64,000 nucleotides of DNA from an uncultured Gammaproteobacteria bacterium (GCA_963976285.1 CAXBJY010000005.1:75242-139241); one strand, 5' to 3'; positions 50,176 to 60,699 are shown, numbered from the stretch's first letter. Made by a program: numbers and translations. The notes: a model not told the origin generated them from the letters alone.

Positions 50176-50979
50176 GTGCTGACACCAGAACAAATCGATC
50201 AAGCCGCGTGTGAACTGCATGCGGCGGAGCAGGGGCGCCGGCAAATCGCCGCGTTGACGCAATCCTATCCGGACATGGATCTCGACGATGCCTACGCGGT
50301 GCAGAAGCGCTGGGTCGATCGCAAGATCGCCGACGGACGGTCGGTGGTCGGGTACAAGATCGGTCTTACGTCGCGCGCGATGCAGATGGCGATGAAAATC
50401 GACACACCCGATTACGGCGTGCTGCTCGACGACATGATGTTTGCGAACCGTAGCCGCATCGCCGCCGGTGATTTCACGGACCCGCGTCTCGAAGTGGAGT
50501 TTGCGTTCGTCCTGAAGCAGCCGCTGTTCGGCGCTGAGGTGACGCTCGACGAGGTGATGGCGGCAACGGATTATGTCGTCCCGGCGCTCGAACTGATCGC
50601 CGCGCGCAGTTACCGGGTGGATCCCGATACCGGTTACACGCGCACCGTGTGCGACACGATTGCCGACAATGCCGCGAACGCCGGCGTGATTACGGGAGAC
50701 ACGCACGTGAATCCCCGGGATGTGGATTTGCGCTGGGCCGGGGCGCTGTTCTACCTGAACGGTGAAATCGAGGAAACCGGCCTTGGCGCCGCCGTGATGG
50801 ATCATCCGGGACACGGGATCCGCTGGGTCTGTAAACGCTTCGCACCGCACGGGATTGGCCTCGAACCCGGCCAGTTGATCCTGTCCGGTTCGTTTACGCG
50901 ACCCGTGATCGTGCAAGCCGGCGACCATGTGCGCGTGGACTATGGTCCGCTCGGTGAAATCACGCTCGACTTCGTATGA
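50176..50979 (+). CDS. hpaH: 2-oxo-hept-4-ene-1,7-dioate hydratase
   Basis: KIGLTSRAMQ, PDYG, DTIADNAANAG, GSFTRP. Confidence 0.92.
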   Translation: MLTPEQIDQAACELHAAEQGRRQIAALTQSYPDMDLDDAYAVQKRWVDRKIADGRSVVGYKIGLTSRAMQMAMKIDTPDYGVLLDDMMFANRSRIAAGDFTDPRLEVEFAFVLKQPLFGAEVTLDEVMAATDYVVPALELIAARSYRVDPDTGYTRTVCDTIADNAANAGVITGDTHVNPRDVDLRWAGALFYLNGEIEETGLGAAVMDHPGHGIRWVCKRFAPHGIGLEPGQLILSGSFTRPVIVQAGDHVRVDYGPLGEITLDFV

Positions 50980-50989
50980 GCACGTCCTG

Positions 50990-51799
50990 ATGAATTTCCC
51001 GGAAAACAAATTCAAACGCGGTCTCGCGAGTGGCACGACGCAATACGGCCTGTGGCTCGGGTTGCCCGATAACAGCGTTGCGGAGATCGCGGCCGGTGCC
51101 GGCTTCGACTGGTTGTTAATCGATCACGAACACGGTCCGTACGAACTCGCGAACGTACTCGCGAATCTGCAGGCGATCGCCGCTTACGACGTCGCGCCAA
51201 TCGTGCGGCCCGTCGACGACAATCCGGCGCTGCTGAAGCGTCTGCTCGACATGGGCGCGCAATCGTTTCTCATTCCGATGGTGGAAACCGCGGAACAGGC
51301 GACCGCGATCGTCGCGGCACTGCGTTACCCGCCGGCGGGCAAACGTGGCCTCGGCACGTCGATGGCGCGCGCGGCGCGCTGGAACGGTGTGCCCGATTAT
51401 CTCGCCCGCGCGAACGCCGAGTTGTGTCTCATCGTCCAGGTCGAGACGGCCTCCGCGCTCGCGAACCTTGACGCGATCCTCGCGGTCGACGGAGTCGACG
51501 GCGTGTTTATCGGGCCGTCTGATTTATCCGCCTCGATGGGGCACGTCGGTAATCCCGGGCACCCCGACGTTGTCAGCGCGATCAACGACGGCCTCGCGCG
51601 CATCATCGCAGCCGGAAAGTATGCCGGCCTGCTGTGCCTCGATCCGGCGCTCGTGGCGCAGTACCGCGCGCGCGGGGCGCATTTTATCGGGGTCGGGGTG
51701 GATGCTGTCGTGCTGGCCAATGGACTGCGCCAGCTTGCGGCACGTTATCGATCGCCCGACCCCGCTGGCGACGACCCGACGGCGGCCACCGGTTACTAG
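50990..51799 (+). CDS. hpaI: 4-hydroxy-2-oxo-heptanedioate aldolase (HpcH/HpaI)
   Basis: GFDWLLIDHEH, RYPP.G.RG, VFIGPSDL. Confidence 0.92.
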   Translation: MNFPENKFKRGLASGTTQYGLWLGLPDNSVAEIAAGAGFDWLLIDHEHGPYELANVLANLQAIAAYDVAPIVRPVDDNPALLKRLLDMGAQSFLIPMVETAEQATAIVAALRYPPAGKRGLGTSMARAARWNGVPDYLARANAELCLIVQVETASALANLDAILAVDGVDGVFIGPSDLSASMGHVGNPGHPDVVSAINDGLARIIAAGKYAGLLCLDPALVAQYRARGAHFIGVGVDAVVLANGLRQLAARYRSPDPAGDDPTAATGY

Positions 51800-51854
51800 A
51801 AGCGGTCTCAAAAACGAGTCCCGGCGCGACGCTGCTTATTTTTGATACCGCTTC
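51799..51854. repeat. 56-bp inverted repeat between convergent genes (IS-end-like mini element or bidirectional terminator)
   Basis: GAAGCGGTCTCAAAAA...TTTTTGATACCGCTTC, 15/16 complementary, overlapping the CTAG that contains the hpaI stop. Confidence 0.65.
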
Positions 51855-51914
51855 CAAATCCGGCGCACGTATTCAGCAACTGGCGACGATCCGCCGGGCT
51901 GTTTCGAAGCGCCG

Positions 51915-53210
51915 CTAGTCCCAGTCGACGTACAGCGCCGCCGGACCGCGGAACGTGATGTTCGGTGAAAACCGCAGCGTCTGATCCGCCACGAGACGCA
52001 GGCCCGGAACCCGCTCGGCGAGGACTTCGAGCGCGATCTGCGCTTCGAGCCGCGCGAGCCGCGCACCGAGGCAGAAGTGGATCCCGTGACCGAACGAGAT
52101 ATGTTTGCGCGCATTTTCACGCGCGATGTCGAACCGCGCCGGTTCGGGGAATTCCGCGGCTTCGTGGTTCGCCGCGCCGAGACTGAGAAAGATCTGCGTG
52201 CCCGCCGGGATATCGATCCCGCCAAGCCTTGTGTCGACGAGAGCGACCCGACGCCAGCTCGTTTGCGGCGAATCGTGGCGCAACACTTCTTCGAGCGCAT
52301 TCGTGATCAGTGACGGGTCGCGGCAAACCGCTTCCCAGTTCGCGGCGCGGTCGGACATCAGCTGCACGACGGAATTCGCAATGAAATTGCTGACAATTTC
52401 GTGGCCGGCGAACGACAGACCGTAGATCACGGATTCAACTTCGCGGTACGTCAGATCGTCCGGTGCTGCCGCATGCGCGGCGAGCAGTTCCGAGGTGAGG
52501 TCGTCAGCCGGTTCCCGCTGACGCCGCGCGACGAATTCGCGACAGTAACGCCAATACCGCAGCATGTTCTCCGCGATTTCCACCTGCTCATCGTCGCTCG
52601 GTTTACCCCAGGTAAATTTGAGCCGGTTTGACGTCCAGTCGATCAGTTGCTCGTCGTCCGTGTCCGGAAAGCCGATAAAACGAAAAATTATCTGCCCCGG
52701 CAGCGGGTGTGCGAACGCGCTGACGAACTCCGCGGGCCCACCGGCTGCGAGCATTTGCCCGACGAGCTCTTCGCTGCGTTGCCGGATATAGGGTTCGAGC
52801 AACTTCATGCGACGTCCGGAAAACCCTTCGCGCGTGTATTTGCGGATCCGCGTATGGTCCGGTTGCTGCCGGTTCGACATGACGGCCATCGGGTTGTAAT
52901 CCTCGGCCCCGAGGATCGCCGCGGCGCGCTCACACACGGGAAACACCGGGTCCTGGACGTTTTCGGACGAGAAGATTTCCGGCTGCTTGAACACCTCGAT
53001 GACGTCCTGCATGCGGGTGACAACGAGATAGCCGAGTTGTTCGGCGTAGAAAATCGGTTGTTCCGCGTTCAGACGTTCGAGCTCGGGATACGGGTTTGCG
53101 AGATAATCCGGCGCGAACGGGGTGAACGCCGGATCAACGGGGCAGCCGCGCGGTTTCGTCGCCGCCGCGATGCGGATTTTGTGGTAGGCGTCATCCGAGT
53201 TCGTAGCCAT
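51915..53210 (-). CDS. Cytochrome P450 (I-helix lacks the conserved Thr)
   Basis: FAGHEIVSN, EEVLRH, FGHGIHFCLG. Confidence 0.93.
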   Translation of the reverse strand: MATNSDDAYHKIRIAAATKPRGCPVDPAFTPFAPDYLANPYPELERLNAEQPIFYAEQLGYLVVTRMQDVIEVFKQPEIFSSENVQDPVFPVCERAAAILGAEDYNPMAVMSNRQQPDHTRIRKYTREGFSGRRMKLLEPYIRQRSEELVGQMLAAGGPAEFVSAFAHPLPGQIIFRFIGFPDTDDEQLIDWTSNRLKFTWGKPSDDEQVEIAENMLRYWRYCREFVARRQREPADDLTSELLAAHAAAPDDLTYREVESVIYGLSFAGHEIVSNFIANSVVQLMSDRAANWEAVCRDPSLITNALEEVLRHDSPQTSWRRVALVDTRLGGIDIPAGTQIFLSLGAANHEAAEFPEPARFDIARENARKHISFGHGIHFCLGARLARLEAQIALEVLAERVPGLRLVADQTLRFSPNITFRGPAALYVDWD

Positions 53211-53280
53211 CCCGACCCCCTGTGAATTTCAGCGCGCGAGAGCCGTAATTGTACATGCGCACGAGCGCCGCGGGTGCACC

Positions 53281-54222
53281 TCAGTACGTTACCGGCATGT
53301 CACGCAGTGCGGCTGGCCACTGACCTTCCCAGGTCCAGTGGTCTTTCAGAATCTTCGAGCTGTACTCGAGGCAGAACGGCATCGCGAGATCCGGGTACAG
53401 CCGGTTCATTTCGACGCGCAGCGCGGCGGCGTCCGGCGCTTCTCGCATTTTTGCCGCGAACGTCTGGATATAGCGGCGCGTGTAATCGATCGAGGCGGGC
53501 GCGAGGTACTCGTTCGACGGGGCATGGCCCGGCACGACGACCACGGGTTTCAGGGCATCGAGCCGGTCGAGTACCGCCAGCCACTCGTTCATCATGGCCG
53601 GGGATTTCGTCGCGGATAACCACGTGTGTGCGTGATCGAAGACCGTGTCGGACGCAACGAGCGCGCGGATAGACGGGATCCAGACGACGCTGGAATTCGG
53701 TGCATCAGCGTGGAACGGACCGAGCACTTCGAGACGCCGGCCTTCGAGCATGATCACCGGCTCGGACAGCGCTTCGACGACAACTTTTGTTTTCGCGCCG
53801 TTATGCCCGAGCACTTTGTTGCCCCAGTACTCGAGTTTGAATTCGGCGCTGCTGTTCACGTCGTCGGCGATTACCGGCAGGGAGACGACGCGCGCGGCGG
53901 GGAACGCCTGCTTGATCACGGGCAGGCCCATGAAGTGATCGGGATGTACGTGCGTGATGTAGATCGTGGTGAGATTGCGCCCGGTCTCGATGATTTCAGC
54001 GACGAGGCGGTGCGCATTCGACAGCGTGAACTGCGCGTCAACGAGCACGGCATCGCGTTCACCGTAAATGATCGCCGATGCGACGCCGAGACCCATGTGT
54101 TCTTCGGAACTCATGAACACCTCGACGTTGAGCGGCTCCTGCGCGACGGCCACGGTAGCGGACGACCACAGGCAAGCGCTGACGATGATGGCGGGGACGA
54201 GTGTTCTAATGTGAAAGTTCAT
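53281..54222 (-). CDS. Secreted MBL-fold metallo-hydrolase
   Basis: Signal peptide; LVDAQF, THVHPDH, VVPGH. Confidence 0.88.
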   Translation of the reverse strand: MNFHIRTLVPAIIVSACLWSSATVAVAQEPLNVEVFMSSEEHMGLGVASAIIYGERDAVLVDAQFTLSNAHRLVAEIIETGRNLTTIYITHVHPDHFMGLPVIKQAFPAARVVSLPVIADDVNSSAEFKLEYWGNKVLGHNGAKTKVVVEALSEPVIMLEGRRLEVLGPFHADAPNSSVVWIPSIRALVASDTVFDHAHTWLSATKSPAMMNEWLAVLDRLDALKPVVVVPGHAPSNEYLAPASIDYTRRYIQTFAAKMREAPDAAALRVEMNRLYPDLAMPFCLEYSSKILKDHWTWEGQWPAALRDMPVTY

Positions 54223-54567
54223 CGAGTTCACCTCGTAGTCAGGAGTAAAACGAACCTCGCCACCCGAAGCGGGCGGGCAGGCTTCCGGCGCTGCAATTTC
54301 TTGCAACCGTGTGCAAAGCTAGCTGATCGTCGTGCCCGGCGCTTTCACGGCGCGGCCCGAAAAATTGACTGTAAGAGAACGGGTGCGACAGGAACGATGC
54401 GCGTGGCGCGCGATGGGCCCGTGAACGCGCGAGCGGGGCGCGCGCGGCGTGCCGCCGACGGAGATTCTCCGTTCGCTCAATTTGATCCGCCGCAACGGGC
54501 CGGCGGCGGCGGGACCCGGTGCGCTGCCCGCGATTGTCGTCCGCGCGTCCGGCACGGCAACGCCAGG

Positions 54568-55677
54568 CTATGCGCTGCGACGTTTCCCGTCGAACGTGAC
54601 CTTGCGCAAGGCCGGCGCGACTTTCTCGCCAATCAGCTTGAGACTGCCACGGACGAGATCGAACGGCATACCGGCGTAGGATACGGCCATTGCCGGGCGT
54701 ACTTCACCGGTCATCGCAACCCGCCGGGTCCACTTCTCGATGATTTGATCCGGCGTACCCCAGGCCTGGTTCTGGACGAAGCCTTCGCACGCGGCATCGA
54801 TACCGATGTCCTTGATCGCGCTCGCGCCGGCCTGGTAGGCCTGGTAACCCTGGGTTTCACCCCAGTGCGAACCATCGAAATCGTAGTGACGGATCACGCT
54901 CAGGTAATATTTCGAGAGATATTCGCGCGCGATCTTTTCCGCGACCGCGGGATCTTCGTGGCAGAACGTGAAGTCAGAGAACACCGGTGCGCCCGGGGTC
55001 TTGTCGGGGTGTACTTCGGCGAAGCGTTCGCGCCACGCTTCGACCGCGGCATTGTGTTGTTCCCATGGCAATTGCACGAACGACATCATCGTGCCGCCGA
55101 GGTTTGCTGCCGCCATCGCGGAATCCGGGGTCATCGCGACGGAGAAAAACTCGCGATCGCGATAACCGTGCTCCGGCTTCGGGGTGACGTTTGTGCGCGA
55201 TTGTTTGAAATACTTCGTGTCGTATTCCGCGATGCCGGTATCGAGAATGTCAAGAATGATCTCCGCCGCCGTGTCGAAGCGCTCGCGCGCACTCGCCATG
55301 TCGACCCCGAACGCGCGATATTCCTCGCGCGCGAGCCCGCGGCCGAAACCGAGCAGAAAGCGGTCGCCGAGCATCACCTGCAGCAGTGAGATTTTCTCCG
55401 CAACCCGGGTCGGGTTTTCGTGCCACGGGAGAATGATCGCGCCGGTACCGATCTTGATCCGGTTCGTCTTGCCGGCAAGATAAGCCAGCCACTGCATGTT
55501 GTCCGGCATGATCGAGTAGTTCGGGTCGAAATGGTGTTCCGGTAACAGCAGGAAATCCATGCCGACTTCCTCGGCGAGCAGTGCGACGTCGGTTTCGTGG
55601 CGCATCATGTCCGCGTCCGACATGCCTTCGTGCGTATTCTGAAAAATGAATTGCAGGCCAATTTCCATTGCGGTCAT
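54568..55677 (-). CDS. LLM-class flavin-dependent oxidoreductase
   Basis: EHHF, P.RVAE, LGFGRG. Confidence 0.9.
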   Translation of the reverse strand: MTAMEIGLQFIFQNTHEGMSDADMMRHETDVALLAEEVGMDFLLLPEHHFDPNYSIMPDNMQWLAYLAGKTNRIKIGTGAIILPWHENPTRVAEKISLLQVMLGDRFLLGFGRGLAREEYRAFGVDMASARERFDTAAEIILDILDTGIAEYDTKYFKQSRTNVTPKPEHGYRDREFFSVAMTPDSAMAAANLGGTMMSFVQLPWEQHNAAVEAWRERFAEVHPDKTPGAPVFSDFTFCHEDPAVAEKIAREYLSKYYLSVIRHYDFDGSHWGETQGYQAYQAGASAIKDIGIDAACEGFVQNQAWGTPDQIIEKWTRRVAMTGEVRPAMAVSYAGMPFDLVRGSLKLIGEKVAPALRKVTFDGKRRSA

Positions 55678-55820
55678 CCTCTCGATTGGGTGCGGACCAC
55701 CGGCATCGGCGGACCTGTGTTACGCACGATTCTAGCACCGCCCGTAACCGGGATGCCCGTGGGGGGCGGGCGCGCCCGCGCCGACGCCGACCCGACCCTC
55801 ACGCGCAAGCGGGTTGACGC

Positions 55821-56114
55821 TCAGCCGTCGAACTTGTCGTGGTAGCGAATCGTCGGCGGTGCCGTCAGCATGCCCCCGAGTGCTTCCATGACCCCGGTTT
55901 CGGTACGCCATTGCAGGTATTTCTCCTGTTGCGCAACCGAGTCCCAGATCTCGTAGAACAGCACGTTACCGGGCGTATTCTGGTCGATCCAGATATCGAA
56001 TAACTGGCATCCATCGTAGGCCCGCGTTTCCGGCGCCGCGCCTTTAACGGCGGCGAGAAAATCATCCATCTTGTTCGGGTCTACCGCGAGATTAAACGTG
56101 ACACACACTGCCAT
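55821..56114 (-). CDS. ABM/putative quinol monooxygenase
   Basis: TRAYDGC, YEIWDS...Y..WR. Confidence 0.82.
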   Translation of the reverse strand: MAVCVTFNLAVDPNKMDDFLAAVKGAAPETRAYDGCQLFDIWIDQNTPGNVLFYEIWDSVAQQEKYLQWRTETGVMEALGGMLTAPPTIRYHDKFDG

Positions 56115-56498
56115 GGTTCGTGCTCCTCAGTTTTTGTCTGGTGGACGGCGAGCATAACGAATACGGACCGCGGCACGAAAGCGGCACCGTGCATGTACGG
56201 TGCCGGGCTGGCGGCGGGACGCAACGGGGGTGGCAAGTCCCGGCGGCGTTACCCCGAAGCGCCTCATGCTGCAGTGCCGTAGGTGGCCGCCGGCGGTTCC
56301 TGCAACGGCCACTCGTGCCGGGCGCAACGGGCGCCCGCGACGACGGGGCGCACGGCGACAGAAAAACTGTGCAACACGGATGCAGATCAATTGCGCGCCG
56401 TGCAAGCATGCTAATTTGCCCCTTCGTGGCGCCCGGGGTATTGCCGGCGCCTGGCTACCCGGTGTGGCCGCCGGCTTTATTAACGGGATGACGGGAAC

Positions 56499-57899
56499 GT
56501 GATCGTTGAAGCACTGAAGAATCTCGAACGTATTCACCCGCGCTCCTTGCGGCATCTCGCGAGCCAGCTGGCGTCGCTCACCGAGCATCGCCTGTGGCTG
56601 AAGGTGTTGCTCGGCATGGCACTCGGACTGGCAACGGGGCTGGCACTCGGGCCCACGGCCGGCTTCGTGGATCCGGCTACCGGCACCCTGATCGGCAGCT
56701 GGCTCGCGTTACCGGGGCAGCTGTTCCTCGCCGTGATCCAGATGATCGTGATTCCGCTCGTGTTCGCCTCGATTATTCTCGGCCTGGCCTCGAGCGAGAA
56801 CGCCGACCAGCTGAAGCGGCTTGGCGTTGCGGTCACCGGCTATTTCATCGCAACGACCGCAATGGCCGCGGCCATCGGGTTATGGATCGCACAAATCATG
56901 CGCCCCGGCGTTGCGCTGTCGAAAACCACGGTGCCGGCGACCCCGCTCACGGAATCGCCGACCGTGCTCGCGCCGCCGGGAATCGCGGAGCTGCCGGAAG
57001 TGCTGATTGGGCTGCTGCCGGGGAATCCACTCGGGTCGATGGTCGAGGGCCAGATGCTGCAGATTGTGATTTTCTCGATCATCGTCGGCATCGCGCTCGT
57101 GACGATGCCGCCGACGCAGTCGCGACCCTTGCTGGATTTACTGTCGTCACTGCAGCAGGTGTGTATGACGGTCGTGCGCTGGGCCATGTGGCTCGCACCG
57201 ATTGCGGTATTCGGCCTGATGGCGCGGTTGATGACGCAACTCGGGGTCAATGCGCTGATCGGGATGGCGCACTATGTACTGACGGTGCTGACGGGGCTCG
57301 TTATGCTGTTTGCGGTTTACCTGCTGATCGTGTGGACGAGCAGTAAACTGCGACCGTTCGCGTTCATCCGGGCAACCCGTGAACTGCTGTTGCTCGCGTT
57401 TTCGACCTCGAGTTCGGCGGCTGTGATGCCCCTGTCGATAAAGACCGCGGAGCAGCAGCTCGCTGTGCGTCCGTCGGTCGCGCAATTCGTGATCCCGCTC
57501 GGCGCTACGATCAACATGAACGGCACCGCGCTTTACCAGGGCGCGGCGACGGTGTTCCTGGCGCAGGTTTACGGTATCGACATCGGCCTCGCCGGTATGA
57601 TGCTCGTCGTGGCGCTCGCGGTTGGCGCGTCGATCGGTTCACCGGCAACCCCGGGCGTCGGTATCGTGATCCTCGCGACCGTGCTGGCGACGGTGGGGAT
57701 TCCACCCGAAGGCATTGCGCTCATCCTCGGTGTCGATCGCATCCTCGACATGAGCCGTACCGCGATCAATGTGGCCGGTGATCTCGTCGCCTGTCTCGTG
57801 ATGGATCGGATCGTGGACGAGCCGCGGTCGCAGGAACCCGGGGCCGCGGTGCCGCCCGATGGCGCGGCGTCGAATCCCGAGCCTTCGAACACGCTATGA
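56499..57899 (+). CDS. Dicarboxylate/amino acid:cation symporter (DAACS)
   Basis: AFSTSSSAAVMP, GATINMNGT, DMSRTAINV. Confidence 0.93.
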   Translation: MIVEALKNLERIHPRSLRHLASQLASLTEHRLWLKVLLGMALGLATGLALGPTAGFVDPATGTLIGSWLALPGQLFLAVIQMIVIPLVFASIILGLASSENADQLKRLGVAVTGYFIATTAMAAAIGLWIAQIMRPGVALSKTTVPATPLTESPTVLAPPGIAELPEVLIGLLPGNPLGSMVEGQMLQIVIFSIIVGIALVTMPPTQSRPLLDLLSSLQQVCMTVVRWAMWLAPIAVFGLMARLMTQLGVNALIGMAHYVLTVLTGLVMLFAVYLLIVWTSSKLRPFAFIRATRELLLLAFSTSSSAAVMPLSIKTAEQQLAVRPSVAQFVIPLGATINMNGTALYQGAATVFLAQVYGIDIGLAGMMLVVALAVGASIGSPATPGVGIVILATVLATVGIPPEGIALILGVDRILDMSRTAINVAGDLVACLVMDRIVDEPRSQEPGAAVPPDGAASNPEPSNTL

Positions 57900-57968
57900 T
57901 TGCCGGACACGCCGGCCTGCCATTAACCGCGATGAACTTTATCTGTCGCCCTGCATCTGACTGCCGAT

Positions 57969-58808
57969 ATGGATGACCTTAGCGCACAACCGGAAGACCA
58001 GGCCGCCGGGAATCTCGTCGAAGTCGAGAACCTGACGTTTGGCTACAGCGCGACGCGCCAGATTATCTCCTCGATCAATCTCACCGTGCCGCGTGGAAAA
58101 GTCGTTGCGCTGATGGGCGGCAGCGGTTGTGGCAAGACGACGTTGCTGCGCCTGATCGGCGGTCAGATCCGCCCGAACGCCGGTCACGTCAAAGTGGACG
58201 GGCAGGTGATGCACGAACTCGACCAGGACGGCCTTTACCGCATGCGCCGGCGCATGGGGATGCTGTTCCAGCTCGGCGCGCTGTTCACCGACATGAGCGT
58301 GTTCGACAATATTGCTTTCCAGATGCGCGAGCAAACGGACCTGCCGGAGGAAGCGATCCGGGATCTTGTCATGATGAAACTGAACGCCGTCGGGCTGCGC
58401 GGCACGGCGGACCTGATGCCGGCGGAACTCTCCGGCGGCATGGCGCGGCGCGTTGCGCTCGCGCGCGCGGTTTCGCTCGATCCGATGTTGGTCATGTATG
58501 ACGAACCGTTCGCCGGGCTCGATCCGATTTCGCTCGGGGTGATCGGGCAATTGATCCGCCGCTCCAATGATGCGCTCGGCGCGACATCGATTGTCGTCAC
58601 GCATGATGTCCAGGAATCACTGAAAGTCGTGGATTACGTGTATCTGATGGCCGACGGCGGGATCGTGGCGCACGGAACCCCGGATGAAATGCGCGAGTCC
58701 GACGTGCCGGTGGTACATCAGTTTATTCACGGTGAAGCGAACGGGCCGGTGAAGTTCCACTATCCGGCCGGCGATTATCGCGAATCCCTGGGGTTGCCAA
58801 ATGCTTAA
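57969..58808 (+). CDS. mlaF: Mla ABC transporter ATPase
   Basis: GGSGCGKT, LSGGMARRVALAR, DEPFAGLDP. Confidence 0.92.
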   Translation: MDDLSAQPEDQAAGNLVEVENLTFGYSATRQIISSINLTVPRGKVVALMGGSGCGKTTLLRLIGGQIRPNAGHVKVDGQVMHELDQDGLYRMRRRMGMLFQLGALFTDMSVFDNIAFQMREQTDLPEEAIRDLVMMKLNAVGLRGTADLMPAELSGGMARRVALARAVSLDPMLVMYDEPFAGLDPISLGVIGQLIRRSNDALGATSIVVTHDVQESLKVVDYVYLMADGGIVAHGTPDEMRESDVPVVHQFIHGEANGPVKFHYPAGDYRESLGLPNA

Positions 58809-59601
58809 GCAAATCGAAGCGCGGGTGGCCGGAATCGGCACGAGCACCCTCGATACGGTGCGGCGTATCGGGCGCGCGACCCGGTTCACCCAGCAGGTGT
58901 TGTTCCGATCGGGCCCGAGTGTACTGCGACCCTCGCTGACGATTCGCGAGCTTTATTTCGCCGGTGTGTTGTCGCTCGTGATCATTGCTGTTTCGGGTCT
59001 GTTCGTCGGTATGGTCCTCGGTATGCAGGGCTACGACACGCTGCAGGTGTACGGTTCCGAGGAGAAACTCGGCGTGCTCGTTGCGTTGTCGCTCGTGCGC
59101 GAGCTCGGGCCGGTTGTCGCCGCGTTGCTGTTCGCGAGCCGCGCCGGCTCGGCGATTACCGCGGAGATCGGGCTGATGAAAGCGACGGATCAAATCACCG
59201 CGATGGAAATGATGGCGGTGAACCCCGTCGCCCGGGTCGTCGCGCCCCGGTTCTGGGCCGGCGTGCTGTCGATGCCATTACTCGCGGCGCTGTTCTCCGC
59301 GATGGGGATCTTCGGCGCGTATATCGTTGGCGTGCAGATCCTCGGAGTTGATGACGGCGCGTTCTGGTCGCAAATGCAGGGCGCCGTGGATTTTCGCGAG
59401 GACGTGTTGAACGGCGTGATCAAGAGCTTCGTTTTCGGTTTCGCGATCAGCGCGATTGCCACGTTCGAAGGTTTCGACGCCCAGCCCACCGCCGAAGGCG
59501 TCTCGCGTGCGACAACACGCACGGTGGTCCATTCCTCGCTGCTCGTACTTGCGCTCGACCTCGTCCTGACCGGCTTCATGCTGCAGGCCTGGGGCGGGTA
59601 A
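58801..59601 (+). CDS. mlaE: Mla permease
   Basis: RELGPVVAALLFASRAGSAITAEIGLMK. Confidence 0.95.
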   Translation: MLKQIEARVAGIGTSTLDTVRRIGRATRFTQQVLFRSGPSVLRPSLTIRELYFAGVLSLVIIAVSGLFVGMVLGMQGYDTLQVYGSEEKLGVLVALSLVRELGPVVAALLFASRAGSAITAEIGLMKATDQITAMEMMAVNPVARVVAPRFWAGVLSMPLLAALFSAMGIFGAYIVGVQILGVDDGAFWSQMQGAVDFREDVLNGVIKSFVFGFAISAIATFEGFDAQPTAEGVSRATTRTVVHSSLLVLALDLVLTGFMLQAWGG

Positions 59602-59616
59602 TCACAGGAGAACAAA

Positions 59617-60081
59617 GTGAATCAACGCTCTATCGATTTCTGGGTCGGACTGTTCGTCCTGATCGGGTTTTGCGCCATGCTTGTACTGGCGTTGAAGGTT
59701 GGCAACCTCGGCATCGGCGGCAGCGGCGAAACGTATACGGTCACGGCAAAATTCAATAATGTCGGCGGGCTGAAAATCCGCGCGCCGGTACGTGCGTCCG
59801 GCGTGACGGTGGGCCGGGTCACGGATATCGAGTTCGACAGCGCCGCCTACCAGGCGGTTGCCGTCATGGCCATTGATGCGGCCTACGAGTTTCCCGTCGA
59901 CACGAGCGCCTCGGTGCTGACGTCAGGGGTGCTCGGTGAAAACTACATCGGGCTCGATGCCGGCGCCGAAGAGGACGTTCTCACCGACGGCAGTCAAATC
60001 GACATTACCCAATCGGCTGTCGTACTCGAACGCGTGCTCGGACGGTTCATGTATGACAACGCACAGAAACAGGCGGAATAA
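59617..60081 (+). CDS. mlaD: MCE-domain lipid-binding protein
   Basis: VGLFV, FNNVGGLK..APV..SGV.VGRV, TSGVLGE.YI. Confidence 0.93.
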   Translation: MNQRSIDFWVGLFVLIGFCAMLVLALKVGNLGIGGSGETYTVTAKFNNVGGLKIRAPVRASGVTVGRVTDIEFDSAAYQAVAVMAIDAAYEFPVDTSASVLTSGVLGENYIGLDAGAEEDVLTDGSQIDITQSAVVLERVLGRFMYDNAQKQAE

Positions 60082-60084
60082 ACC

Positions 60085-60699
60085 GTGATGCGCCCGCTAC
60101 GAATACTTATTGCGCTCGTTGTCGTCGGCCTCGTGTGGACGGGCAACGCCGTTGCAAGCGAGCAGGCACCGGATGCGCTCGTGCGTGAAACGACCGAGCG
60201 TCTGCTGCAGACGATCCGTGATGATCCCGAAATTGCCGCCGGCAACCGGCAGCGAATCACCGAAGTCGTCGAGGCGAATCTCGTCGAGCATTTCGATTTC
60301 GCGCGCATGACCCGTCTCGCCGTCGGCAAGGACTGGCGCCGCATCGACCCGGCCCGGCAGCCGGAATTGATCCGGGAGTTCAAGACCCTGCTCGTGCGCA
60401 CCTACTCGGTATCGCTCGCCGCATACCGCGATCAGGTGATTACCTACAAGCCCGTGGAAGTGGCGCCGGATGCGCGCAGCATCGTCGTGCAGACCACGAT
60501 CACGCAGTCGGGAACGAGCCCGATTTCGATGAACTATCGTATGGTCCCGACCCCGGAAGGCTGGAAGGTCTACGATGTCATCGTCGAAGGTGTGAGCCTC
60601 GTGATCAACTACCGTTCACTGTTTAATTCAACAGTCGAATCCTCCGGCGTGGACGGACTGATCAAACTGCTGCGCGACAAGAACGAGGAAGCGCAATGA
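60085..60699 (+). CDS. mlaC: Periplasmic phospholipid shuttle
   Basis: FDFARMTRLAVG..W, WKVYDVIVEGVSL..NYR. Confidence 0.92.
   Translation: MMRPLRILIALVVVGLVWTGNAVASEQAPDALVRETTERLLQTIRDDPEIAAGNRQRITEVVEANLVEHFDFARMTRLAVGKDWRRIDPARQPELIREFKTLLVRTYSVSLAAYRDQVITYKPVEVAPDARSIVVQTTITQSGTSPISMNYRMVPTPEGWKVYDVIVEGVSLVINYRSLFNSTVESSGVDGLIKLLRDKNEEAQ

Noticed and set aside
53626-55389. Long antisense/alternate-frame ORFs (also 19283-20725, 32347-33588, 7529-8644)
   Set aside because: Shadow ORFs typical of high-GC DNA; they overlap well-supported genes and have no motifs
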